Assembly (NCBI GenBank): GCA_020137815.1
Contig: CM035354.1
Location: forward strand, 3,410,001-3,474,000
Source: Hormiphora californensis
Lineage: Eukaryota > Animalia > Ctenophora
Direction: 5' to 3'
Length of the DNA stretch: 64,000 nt
Notes under the pieces: generated by a model
Told to the model about the DNA's origin: nothing
What the model saw: the letters and a program-made list of their open reading frames with translations, nothing else
Database searches by the model: none
Made by a program: the position numbers and the translations under genes
In this document: in pieces, positions 1 to 12,976 of the stretch
Layout of the letters: each line of letters begins with the position of its first letter
Numbering within the stretch: the stretch's first letter is position 1

Positions 1-22
1 CGAGTATGCGTCTGCGTGCATA

Positions 23-176
<154 letters not shown>

Positions 177-1439
177 TGACTAGGATCTAGCAACACAGTA
201 CAAGTGTTTTGATCTTTATTTGTTTAATTCTCGTTTAATTCTCGTTTAATTCTCATAGCTTAGAGTTAGCTAACTCCCAATCACATGACACTTGCTAACC
301 AGCTTTTGACATTCCAACTTAACTACTTATCTAACATCTCACACTCGACTCGCAAGATGAAAATGTGTATGTAACACGCGAAACGCGCGGCAGAGCATTT
401 CATGTTTTGTTGAGTGGCACGCGCACACACGTCCATCAAACTGTGTCAATGAAGTGTTTGATGAAGGAGTAGCTCGTCACTGTGTGCGCGGCTCTAGTTG
501 CTACACCGTTGCCCTCGCAACGAAAGTGTGACCAAAAAATGTCCCTCTACCGATTAGTTAGTATACCAAAATGTCGTTTTCGAATTCTAACCCTGCTATG
601 CCTTTTTACAAAGTAAAAAGGCATCCGGGTGAATGCCTTCGGCATTCACCCGGGCAGGGAAAAAATACGTGCTAAAGGGGATTTAGATGGCATAAATGGC
701 ATTTGTTAACGTTTGTTAACTTTTTGTTAATTTTGTTAATAAATCACCTGTTTTCTCGATGTTAATATTAACAAAGTTAACAAAATTAACATGTCCCCCC
801 CCCCCCCAATGAAACTCATTGTTGTTCAAGTTACTTGAAAAGGGTGTGGTGACTGGGGGTTGAGAGAAGGGGAAGAGAAAAGGGTTTCAAAAATGGGGTA
901 TTTTACTGGTAAGCAGCAACAGTAATAGACAAGTAAAAAGGGGGTATTTCCCCGGTTCTTCTTCAAATTGCTTGATGATTCCCTTTCATCTGGTCCGCTG
1001 AGCTGCTTTGTATACAACAGCATGCTACATGGTGTCATCATTAGGGAGAGTTAAATTGGTTCTGATTTGAAGATCTGAGATCGGATTGTAACTCGGAAGT
1101 AGTTTATTTTAGATTTTATAATTCATGTACTGTTCACACCTAATTTAGAAACTACTAATTCAGCACTCATTTTCATCTCAATTTCCCTCAATTAAATTTA
1201 ATTGGAACTGATTAATGCCCTTTTAGCCAGAGCAGGTCAGAGGGTAAAAACAGTTGCGGGACTGCATTTTAATTTGAGTTAGAAAAAAATGGAATTTGGA
1301 TAGTAGGTATAGATCACCAGTTAGAGACGAGGGATGAATAATTTGAGAGCATTTGATTTATCGTAAAGAAAACTCGGTCATTCATTCGCCTGCTTGTTGC
1401 AGGTTAATGAATGAGAGAAATTAACCAATACTGCCCCGA

Positions 1440-1442
<3 letters not shown>

Positions 1443-1498
<56 letters not shown>
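1443..1498. repeat. (CT)n microsatellite; others at ~4390-4512, 12886-13010, 15662-15720, 38940-39000, 44953-45070, 45456-45550, 46053-46190, 47601-47730
   Basis: Directly visible CT/GA runs. They account for the many spurious SLSL/ERER ORFs in the track. Confidence 0.97.
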
Positions 1499-1501
<3 letters not shown>

Positions 1502-2418
1502 GTTCCTGCACAGCTGCATATCCGGCAAGTAGAAACAATCACCAGCAGACAGGCGCCGTACAGAATTTGAGCTCACAGTTCATAATTTTCTCACGTTCTA
1601 ACTCAGTTCACAGTTCGACCACTATCTATCTATCACTCTCTGCCGATAATTTCTCTCGCTCATTCGATCTGTCACTGTAGAGTGTAGAGTGCAGGCCATG
1701 AACTCTATATTTTGAGCTCATGGTGTACACAGACAGAAGCGTACTGTTATTATAGTCACAGATGGACTGATAGAGAGAGAAATTCTAGAAGAACGGGGTC
1801 ATGGGATCCAATTTAAATCCTGATCGAACATAGGAAACATTTGGCGTTGGTGAGCACTTTGCCAGCGAGGCAGGGTTGTCGACCCCAGCTCAGTAAAAAG
1901 AGACTGCCCAACTCGAATATATATTTTGATGGTCAGGTGGTGGTATGTATGTAAAGCGGAGTTTCTGGCCGGTGTCTGGTTACCCCCGCTCCAACTGTGA
2001 TCTAATGATATCGTCCTACTGAAAATATGTGCGGCACACTGAGAACCCAACCCACAGATATTCACCCACTCCCACTGAACTACTACATCCTGATATCCAT
2101 CCACTAGTGTCTAGTTCCACACTACAAATAGAACCTTCTGTTATCACACCAGCTGTACCTCACGGCGTGCCCCAGGGTAGTTTAACATTTGTTTCGGTGT
2201 CCATCTCCAATTCCGGTTGTAACTGTTGGGGAAGACCTTCCTGAAGGTCGTGGCGGAGCGGGAATAATCATGTAGACCCGCTCCGGCTTCAGAAAATTGA
2301 GAAAAAGATAGCTATCTTTTTTTTCACTTTGAAACCTCCTTCCTAAATTATCCCACCAGTCCCCAAAAATATTTAAGCGACTCACTTCTAACTAAAATAC
2401 ACCTCTCTCCCTCTCCAG

Positions 2419-4411
2419 TACAAGCTATAGTCCGGACAAAGACGACACAAAGTGGATCAGTACAGATCCAGGGAAACCTAGACATTGATGCCTCCCTACT
2501 GACGGATGTGACTGTGAACATTAGCGTTGTGGGGACATCACATAGCAGTGAAAAAAGTAAGTTACACTTTTACTAATAGGGAGTAATGATCTTCCAATTT
2601 TCCTTCACTATAATACCAGGGTGCACAGGTTATCTTGACTTGTCTGGAGCTTGGTTTTACTTGCCAAGACTTCCTCTAAGTTGAAGCTGAATACTAACAA
2701 CTACCTTTATTTCAGCGGGAATATCTCCTAATTCGTTCCAAGAGTTCACCATATCTACCTACCAGCCCCTGACCGTTACAGTAAAGACTACCCGTACCTC
2801 AGAACCAACAATTGTGGAAAATGTAAAGAGTGACGTCTACCCAGGTATACGATCACTGCACAAACTGGGGTCAAATCAAATGGTTCCTAATTCCTATGCT
2901 CATTGAGTTGTAAATTGCGTATTTCATTGCTCAGTTTCTTGTAACTCTTGCGATATGAACTGCGTCTCTTGTGATCGCTAAATGAAACCTTCCCAGGACC
3001 CCCGGAGCCTCTATTGGTTCAGTCCGCTTCATCTTCCGAGACTGTTCAGTTCAGTTTAGCACCAGAAGATAATGCAGCACTGGCAGCAGCTTTGGAAATC
3101 GAGGCACCAAGGTGAATTGGGAAATGTAAAATGGGAAGTGGGGCTGGGTTACATAAAATGTACAATAAGGCTAGTTTGGGTTACACAAAATATATGATAA
3201 GGCTGGTTTGGGTTACACTCTTGTGTAGCCGTCCCTAACACCTGTTCCGTGATTGTAACACAAACCAACCGAATTGGTATAAGGCTATTCTCCTGAATTA
3301 GTTGCAGGGTAAGATGTTCCCGAGCTACTATTGTAGAAAGCTCTTTCATAAAATTAATATCTTTTTCTGGTCAAATGATTCTGCTCAAAAGTGCATCACA
3401 GAAAGTGCAATGAACTTGCCCTGAAATGAGCTCTATCTCTTCCGGCTTCAGCTATCTTCTTCATACTCTCTCTCTCTCTCCTCTCTCTTCGTCGCATCAA
3501 CTCTCCCTTCTCTGTTCTTCTCAATCCACTTTCCCAAGCTATTGACTGCACTTGCGGCTAGCCTGCAAAACAAATCACTGACATATGCATGTCAAATGTT
3601 AGGAAAAGTGTTTACAATCTTTTTACAAGACTAGAGTACCCGTTTGCTGGGAACCCGTGACCTGGTAAATGGTAATCGGTAAATCATTTACTGTAACGCG
3701 CGAATTTTTCCAAAAAAGCGCTGCTTTTTTACGCCACGCGCGGAACCTAGAATTACGCGCGCAGTGTAAAATTTTAAAATTCATTGAAAATTTCCTCGCG
3801 TTTTATGTCGCCAAAAAAAGTCGACGAAAAATTCCAAATTCGTGAATTTAGAATTATAAGAACTCCGGTCAGTTCTCATCTTGCCAATCCGTTTTCCGGG
3901 AACCCCTGGCCAAAGGACATTAAAGTTCACATAACGACCAAGTTTCATATCGATTGGATAAGATTTTGGGTGGCTACGGTGAAAAATATCGTATTTTTGG
4001 CATTTTTAACTTTCCCGACGCGATTTACGACCCTTAAACATTGAGTTACGGGAAATCGCTATCATGTAAAATGAAGTTCAAACGATTCTCTTTCCCCACT
4101 ATTGCGTTAGTTTTTTGATTTAGAGCCGTTTTCAGGGTCTTAGAAGCGTTTGAAAAATGTAAGTATTTTTGGCGCAATGACGTCACCCCGTGACGTCACT
4201 GTTGTAAAGATCGGATCAAAAATCTGAGCCCGTACTTACACCCGCCTTGGTCCAAAGTACCAGTGTACAAATTTTCAGGGGTCTAGCTCAAAAACTGTAG
4301 GAGGAGTAGGGAGAAAACAATTATCGGACTAACATTTTGGAATTTATTATATGGATCATCCAATGCTTTTCTTCATGAAATCTTTCCCACCCTCTCTCTA
4401 TCACTCTCTCA

Positions 4412-4504
<93 letters not shown>

Positions 4505-7500
4505 TCTCTCTCATGATGCACGATGACGAAACATGCTTGTCCCCTTGTTACCCTCGCTACATTGCACAATCACCGCTCCTGACACTACAAAGATTCATTC
4601 CTCTCTCCTCACAAAACGAGTTAAATAAACCTGATTTAATTTGTCTAAGTGATATCATAACTCCATACCTAGTTTACATCAGGATTTCAGTAATAATATG
4701 ATTATGCGACATTCCTAAACCTCCGTCCTCTATGCAGGGTCAGGGGGCGAGGGGGTCTTCAGTACGTGATTTTCTATAACACACATTAACCCTCAACATT
4801 CTTAGTTACGAGTTAACCTACACTGTGCAAAGTGAAGAGATATCACGAACCATTGAGTCAACTATTAACGCTCCCGTTACGATCAATGGGTTAACTGAGG
4901 CCTCAACCTATATCGTCAAGGTCAAGATGATTCTCAGTGATACGTATGGGGGATCCAGTAGTCAGGCTTCATACAATGTGTACACAGGTGGGTTCTCATG
5001 ATTTGATTGATCACCGTGTGTGTGTGTGTGTGTGTAGGTTCCCAAGGTGTTCAGTCACTGACTGTGATACCTCTGTGCTCTGCAGTGGTTCTCAGCCTAG
5101 TTAGATGGACTGTTGAGCGCGCGCGATGGAGTCAGGTGTAGCACTTTTTAGTTGTCATCACTCAGGAATGGCGCGCAGTGAGCAAGTCTGGCGGATAATT
5201 TCACGTGTCTGTCATTTTACTTCGCGTCGATGGACAACAAGTCGTTAGTGAGCTCCCCTATCACTCTGCACACATGCCCCGAATCATGATTAACTAATCC
5301 CATTTTCAGGTCCTGGTCAAGTTTCTGGTGTAACATGGACGTTAAAGGAAAATGAAGTTACTGTGGCGTGGAGGTTTGTATTAAAATATTTGATCGTATT
5401 ATTCTATTCAATTAATAGCCTCTGAAGAGTCGATCTAGTCAATGGAGCTAATTACATGACACTTCTCCTAATTAATTAACATCATCCTCTCCCCACTGCA
5501 GTGAGGTATCAGGTGCTAGCTCCTACTCAGTAGAGATAGTCCATCAACAGGATAGTGACAAATTCCACAGTACGACCACACCTCACCTGTTCTATACGGT
5601 TGATCTGGGGACTCTGTCCAGTGAGCAGATGTATGATCTCAATATTACAGCTAGCAGGAAGGTGGATGGGACACTTTATAATGGTGATACCGTGTCGCTC
5701 ACTGACAATAAAGCAGGTACAGAATGGCTTCCCCGAGGATCCCGGTAAATCGGGGTCCCAGAGTGCAGACACTGACTGCCAAACTGATTCAGCCTAGTTC
5801 TCCGCTGACGAAAAAATAAGAGAATGAACATTACACGACACAAATCAGGAACACATTCTGATGATCAACAATTTATTTACTCTCCCGCCCTTCCTCAGGA
5901 ATCCAGGCACCAGGGGATGGGAAGTTGACGGTTGAAAACCTGGGAACATCAGTAACAATTCGACGTGTTGTAAATACTAAGCGATCTACAGCCGACACGA
6001 CAGAATACGTGGTGTTTTTAGCAGAAGTTGACGGACCTACTAAAGAGGTCACCATTACCGGTGAGACATCTGTCTGTCTGTCTGTCTGTTTGTACAATGT
6101 ACATGTGCCTGTCTGTCTGTCTCTGTCTGTACATCTGTCTGTCTCAGTCTGTCTCAGTCTGTCTCAGTCTGTCTGTACTCTGCCTGTATTTGTGTCAGTC
6201 TGTCTATCTATCGATGTATGTCTATCAACAACCTAAACACTACTGTTATTTCAGCGGCTGAAAGTGAAAGGATAGTTCCCCTATCCCAATCTTCCACCTA
6301 CAACGTCTACTACGCAGAGGCATTTGGTTCGGGATACGGCTTCAAAACATTCATCAAGGATTTCAAAACAGGTATGACACAGTTACTTCGTTTACTACCG
6401 TAACGAAGTTAACCCTCCCTTACCCTCCCCTACGCAGGCCTCTTTGGAGGGGCTATTATTATTACTACGGTTCGGGTAAGGATTTCAGCTTGGATTTATA
6501 ATAACCCTCTTCTACTTTTTAGCCGATTGTCCCCTGATAACTTGTATCAACTGTGAAAACAGCGACTACTTTAATAATGTGCTACACGACCAAGTGGTAT
6601 TGGTGAAATGTGCTAGCAAGAACGATACAATAACCCTTCAAGGTAAGATTTGTGTTGTGAGAGCGGCTATACTTTAGTGCCTGACAATATGTACATTGTA
6701 ATCCATTGTTTTTTTACCATGATGTTATACATATTAGACTCTAAAGCAGTGAGTTGATTTTATATTTAGTCCTGGATAAGGTAGGTCTGTTTTATATGGA
6801 TTATGGAAGTCTTCTTGCGTGGTTTGGGTTGTCATACCACACGATCAGAGATAGTCTTCGCTGTAACACTCTTTTGTGAGGCATGGGTTGGGCAATCTTT
6901 GGTGGTGTGATAATAGCATTGTTAGGGACTATAGGGAGTGTATAATACATGTGTGTACTGCACACTGTTTACAACACAATAACTTACCTCACTATTATCC
7001 TAATATAATACATTTCTACATGTCCCAATAACCCGCTCGGAACACCCCCCCCCCCCCCCCTCGTCCCCCAACCACCCCCTTCTTCACGTCCCAATGTGGG
7101 GTAAAACACTCCCTTTCTAACCCCTTTTCCCGTCAACCCCTTCTAACCTCTTTTCCCCCGCCCATTTCCCGTCCAAATGTGGAGTAACCCCCTACTCCCC
7201 CGTACAGATAAAACCGAAGTGACGGAGCTGTCTCTGAAGTGTAGTAACAACCTCTACGTGTTCACAGATAACCCCTCCTCAATCTTCAACTCTAGTGACG
7301 TCATAGAGTGTCTCAAAGCAGGTTCAAATTAACAACTGTATTAGTGTAATAGCCATAACAAAGTCCCCTTTACTTACTTGCCAGATCTTCTCATTGCATC
7401 ACTGGACTGCAGCACTGAGAACTCTCTTTATCAATCGCACCTAACACTAGCACAGAATCCCCCACAGATGCTGTCATAGATCCAGTTGAGAAGGAGAACT

Positions 7501-8554
7501 ACCTAGTGTTCTACATTGTCGGGGGGATAGCCCTCTTTGTGCTTATCCTAGTCCTCATCATCCTTATATTTGTGAGGAGAAGGAGGACTCAGGGATCTTA
7601 TGATGCGAAGAAGGTCAAGGAATCAAATATCGGGTAAGTTTAGAGAATCATAAGCTACAAGCTACATATGATAAAGGGTTGGTTGGTTGGTATGATAAGG
7701 GGTTACTAAATATTACGTTCCAATTTCTTTTCAACCACAAGACGTTCTTTGTTTCCAGTTTATACTAACTTTTATTGCCTTTTTCAGGGATTCTCCACCG
7801 AAAACAGCATCTGAAGCTTCTCCAAGGACAATCGCCTATGACAACAATTACTTCGAGAGCAAGTGAGTCTTTCTATCTCTCCCTCCCACGCCCTCTCTCC
7901 CTCTCCCTACTTCTTCTCCCCTCTCTATCTCTCTTGCCCCCTCCCTAACTTTATTTCCAACTCCAGATGGGACAGGGAACTCGCAGCAACAAGATCCGCC
8001 CGAAGCAAGGCCACTTCTTATGGTTCTCAGGTATGAGGGACAAATGAAATATATTTCCACATATTTTTGGGTGAAGAGCTCTTGCTGTAATCGTTATTTA
8101 GCTGTAACTTTCTAGGAGTACCTTGTCTAAGGAAGAATTATAGGTGAGGTGTGATGGAAAAAGAGAGTTGGCATTTTGCCCACTTGTGTCGGAATATAAC
8201 AATTCGGCCAGTTTGTGAAAAATAGAGAGGTTTTTGAGTGTGATAAGTGAAGCGTGTGAGTTTGCATGGGTTTATTAAAAATAACTGGGTTTCTGCTGGA
8301 GTGCCATCCCATCTTGTTCATACTGGTCCCCTAGTGACCCCTACGGTTGCAATATACAATATTATGAACAACACAAATAGTAAACTAAAGGTAGCCTCAT
8401 CGACCTAACTCATTTTTGTTTTCAGGAACTGCGGATGGAGATAGCTGACAGTGACAGCGGCATAACGGAAGACCTCGACAACACATTCCCCAATCCCATC
8501 ATCTTCAGTTCAGAATTCGACGATACAGTGTCCACAAAATCGGCTCTGGTGTGA
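2419..8554 (+). CDS. Multi-exon fibronectin type III single-pass membrane protein (5' end unresolved)
   Basis: Phase-compatible GT-AG exons ~2419-2556, 2716-2844, 2997-3111, 4806-4987, 5310-5373, 5502-5717, 5899-6061, 6255-6371, 6523-6642, 7208-7321, 7468-7633, 7788-7862, 7967-8030, 8426-8554. FN3-like motifs ([16 protein letters not shown]; [16 protein letters not shown]; [13 protein letters not shown]), a Cys-rich juxtamembrane module, TM helix [25 protein letters not shown], then RRRR, ending KSALV*. Confidence 0.8.
3631..4352. mobile_element. Probable non-autonomous DNA element (Helitron/Helentron-like) in an intron
   Basis: CpG-rich non-coding block unlike flanking intron DNA, with TGACGTCAC palindromes and a TCTAGCTCAAAAACTGTAGGAGGAG-type segment of the kind seen in such elements. 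No clear TIR or TSD, so the class is tentative. Confidence 0.45.
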
Positions 8555-10187
8555 GGGAGGACTTGAAAATATTTTAATTTAATTTTTAATTTTGACACAG
8601 ATGCAGCAGGCCAAAATAGACACGACTGGGGCTGAGAGAGAGATTGATTTTGTAGATTGTACAGGTTGTAGGGCCAGTTATTTCTAGTCCTACAAGTGTA
8701 TTCCCCCCTGTTTTCTGGGGCTTACACTGCGGTTCATGGGGACTTCATTTAGCCATGGTGTGTTGAAATTTCGATTTACCAGTGGGATCAGAGTCAGACA
8801 ATATTGAGAGAGGAAGAGAGGCAATTCAGGGACAAATATTTTGTATTTTATATAGGTAATAGCGTTATATTACCATTGTATATGGTGAAAATGACCCATG
8901 ATACCCGGTACGACTAGGATACGATCATAGCATATCATTACGGTATTTTCATTTCCTCTTTATTACCGTGATACCTCATACCCTAGACAATAGTCAAATA
9001 TACCTCATAATGAATGATTGCTCATGTTGCAGTAACTCTATGAACTAACGGAGTTTTAGTGAAGTCCTTTAATTACATTTGATTTTGAATCCTTGAATGT
9101 TGAAACCTAAAAAGATCAGGAAAAACAGAAATTGATGAATTAAGCGCTGATTTGTTCGTTTAGTTTGTATTGTAGTTATTTTGTATGATATTTTAATCAA
9201 AAATGGTGTCTATTTTATACCAAAAATTGCTTAATTACGGGCAATTAATTTAAAAATGGGTGTGAAAAACCTGTGGATTTTGGTACGCGCAAATCTACAG
9301 CCGCGCATAATGTGCGCGCGGTTATGAAAGTTTGTATCTCGCGCGCGGTAAATTTTCAAAATTGGTTTGTGCAAAAAAATTAAAAGTTTCCACAAAATTT
9401 TGTCGCGTTCCGCAAAAGAATTGGAATGCGCTGCAGCCCCCTCATGCGCGCACCCCCGCAACGAGGGGACTGGAGGGAATGCCGCGCGCGCGTTTGGCCT
9501 GATCCCGGCTGGGTCGAAGATAACTTTGCGGTCGAAAAAACGGCGGTGCTTATAACTTTGGCTCCTGAAGTCCGTTTGACTTGATTCTTTCACCAGTTGT
9601 TAGATCTGACGATTATCTACCTTGCTGTTTTTGAGAGAAGTTAATTGGACTTAAGGAGGCTGAGCAATAGCCGTTGAAAGATGGGTTGTTTTCAAAAAGT
9701 GACGTCACAGATTCTTGCAGGGACACCTTTTTTAAAATTTCATTCAAATTTTGATTTTACCGCACTCGATTTTGCGGAGTTTGGTTCATATCTCCTGTTT
9801 CTGATAAGATAGAGACCTGAAACCGGTTGCATTTGAAAGCTGTTATCTTCCTCTTTCCAACGCTACCAAAACGATTTCTGTACCTTATCTGGAACCGGAG
9901 ATATGATTGATTATGTATTCCCCCCTAGCGCGGTATTCCCTCCAGGCCCCTTATATTATATTATAAGGGGCCTGCAACGTATGCCAAGCAAAAGAAGTTC
10001 AAAGGTGCCAGCCCCAGGTGATACACAGGAGACTCATCACATTATGAAGTTCATGCGTGATATCGGGGTTTGAGGTGTCTCATGCTGTGGTGAGCATCCG
10101 CCCTGCTGTATGTCTCCTGGAGGCCTTTCAACTTGGCCCAACTCAGCCAGAATTTTTTTGATAACTCAAATACAATTTCCTTAGGTA

Positions 10188-12900
10188 ATGATATTGGTGT
10201 TATGGATTCTCCTGATTAAACAATGTTCTACTTCAAAAGTCTGCAACTGGCCCTCTCCGATTGACAATGGAGTCTTTGACGTAGCAGATGGAAATTTAAT
10301 CGTGAAATGTGGGCGTGGATATGAACTGAGAGGATCCTCCTCTGTGCCTTGTCAGTCACACAAATCGCTGTACACCAATCTACCATCCTGTGTGGCAATT
10401 CCATGTACCTTACCACCGGGGACTGACCACATAGTAACCGATTTTGAAGAGGGGACGAGCCGAAAAGTAAAAGTTGGCTCTACCCTCCAGCTCAGCTGTC
10501 CGACAGAATTTGTCCCGTCCGGCCACAACGTTCAGTGCGTGACAAACACAACATTTTCAGCCCTCGCCCTCCCAACTTGTCAGGCCCAGAATTGTGTGGT
10601 AAAGGACAGGAGGGTCAGGTTTGGACAGATAACCTCACTCCACCTTGCTCCCAATAGTACAGTTCTAGTTGAGTGTGATGAAGGATATCAGCGTGATTCA
10701 AAGGTCGAGCCTGTCTGTATATCAGGAACATTGTTCTCGGAAGATTTTGATAAAGTCTGTAAGCGGGTACCCTGTCCCCTCCCTGAAATACCCCATGGCA
10801 CAGTGCATGGAGGTAATGGGAGCCATCTTGAGCCAGGACAAGCTGTACAAGTAACATGCGATGGGGACTACAGAGTTGACAACAGCTACGCAGCTTGTGA
10901 ATCAGATCACGTGTTTAAAGGAATCCTTCCCTCGTGTAAACCACGGCCCTGTCCAAGGAGGCCTATCCCGAATGGGGTTATAAGTGCAGGGAACCCAGCT
11001 ACTATTCTAACTATCGAGTGCAATGAGGGATTTACGTCGAAGAAAGGAGTCCCGGCTATCACCTGTCAGAGTTACCAGAGTTTCACGCCCGTGGCAGCGG
11101 AACCAGAGTGTCTGGAGAAGGGGTGTGGGGTGGTGAGTGTAGTTAATGGAGAGGTGAAGGCTAAAGGGGAGGTGAGTCACGGGGAGAGAGTTAGTGTCAC
11201 CTGTGGAAGGGATTACCAGATGGTGGGCGAGAGTGAGGTGATGTGTGCAAACGGAAAATACAATCCACCGCTACCAACGTGTCAGGGTAAGTATAGGGAA
11301 TCACTCAGGGCCTTCCTATGTGAATCAATTGTTTGGTTCCTATGTGGCTGGCTATTTGATTTTCTGCTTTTGATTTCTAGAAGTATTTCAAAAAGAAGTC
11401 ATGTGTACCTGAGACCATCGGTGTACGTGATCTAAGGAATGTGGCTACTCTAAACGAGATTCCTGTTCGAGATGACAGGACCTCCTACGATATTTCCCCC
11501 GGTGCACACGTACAAGTTGTCTGCAGGGAACCCTATGCTATCGACCTTTCCAAGAGAATTATAGTCACTTAGGGCCTTCCTATGTAGAGGTGGCTGGCTA
11601 TTTGATTTTCTGCTTTTGATTTCTAGAAGTATTTCAAAAAGAAGTCATGTGTACCTGAGACCTAGGAGAGGTTAGATATTGTACATATTATCAATTATGG
11701 GTAGTATCAAAGACAGGTTTCCCGCCAGAATATTTTGGGAGGTGCAGATGTGTCTACGTTGTCAACACCTGTGTGTGTGTGAGTGGGAAGGGGTGTAATC
11801 ATCATATTGTCAGTTTTGGAGAGCCGAGAGAGTGGAAATTTGTATAGAAATTGTTCTAGTTCTCCCCTCTTTTTCTACGACATTGTCCAAATCAAGTTAA
11901 TATAATTTCAGCTATCGCCTGTACAATTGGTGTACGTGATCTAAAGAATGTAGCTACCCTAAACGAGATTCCTGTTCGAGATGACAGAACCTCCTACGAT
12001 ATTTCCCCCGGTGCACACGTACAAGTTGTTTGCAGGGAACCCTATGCTATCGACCTTTCCAACCCAACCCAGTGCATATCTGGACAGCTGTTCAGTCAAC
12101 CAGCCCTACCAAAATGCATTCGTAAGTAGGGGAAGGGGTGAGAGAGGGGAAGGGAAATAGAGAGAGGGCCGGGGGAGATAGAGACAGGAGGGAGAGAGAA
12201 ACTAAGTTAAGGACCCGGAAGACATGTGTAAGCAGCAGAATAAGGGCTGGGAATTTTTATTCCGTGCGTCTGAAAAGTAGAATGAAATAAAAACGAGTTG
12301 CGTTCGTTTTCCGTGACTCAAATTCTTTATTTTTTTTTCAAATTACTTCCTCAATTCTCCTGATCACTTTTGTACGGCTCACACTCGTGTCATGCTCTGT
12401 GATGGTTCGGCAGATCAATATCGTTTCTATCACGTCACTGTTTTTCTCTCCTCACATAATGTACAAAAGGGGGCTCCACTCACAAAGAGAGTGAGGGGTG
12501 GGGGAGGGTGGTACCAGCCGGAAATGAGGTGCCCCAATTCAATTTGACAACTAAATGGGTTCATCCTACCTTCACATCACGTGCTGTACACGTGTATCTG
12601 TCTGGTTACCAGCAGGGTGTCGACCGTTAATATCTGACTAACAGGGTTTCCACTGGAGTGTCCAGTCCACCCCCTTTTTACAGCTGTCCAACACCTACCA
12701 ACAGGGTGTCCAATGTCCACCCCGCCCTTTTACAGCTGTCTGAGGAATTAGAGAGGAATAGAAAGGGGCACTATATCTCGGTATTTTGTATTACAAAGTA
12801 GGGCGAGGTGACTTTGGTGGCAGGGGGCATTCCTGTAGGCATTTCTTGACATGCACTTTGTGTAACTCCCACTTTACTATTTAGGTGCTCTCTCTCTTTC

Positions 12901-12976
<76 letters not shown>

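Noticed and set aside
1698-2244. First exon(s) of the FN3 gene
   Set aside because: The ATG at 1698 hits a stop after five codons and no clean signal-peptide frame was found. An exon ending at ~2176 is possible but unsupported.
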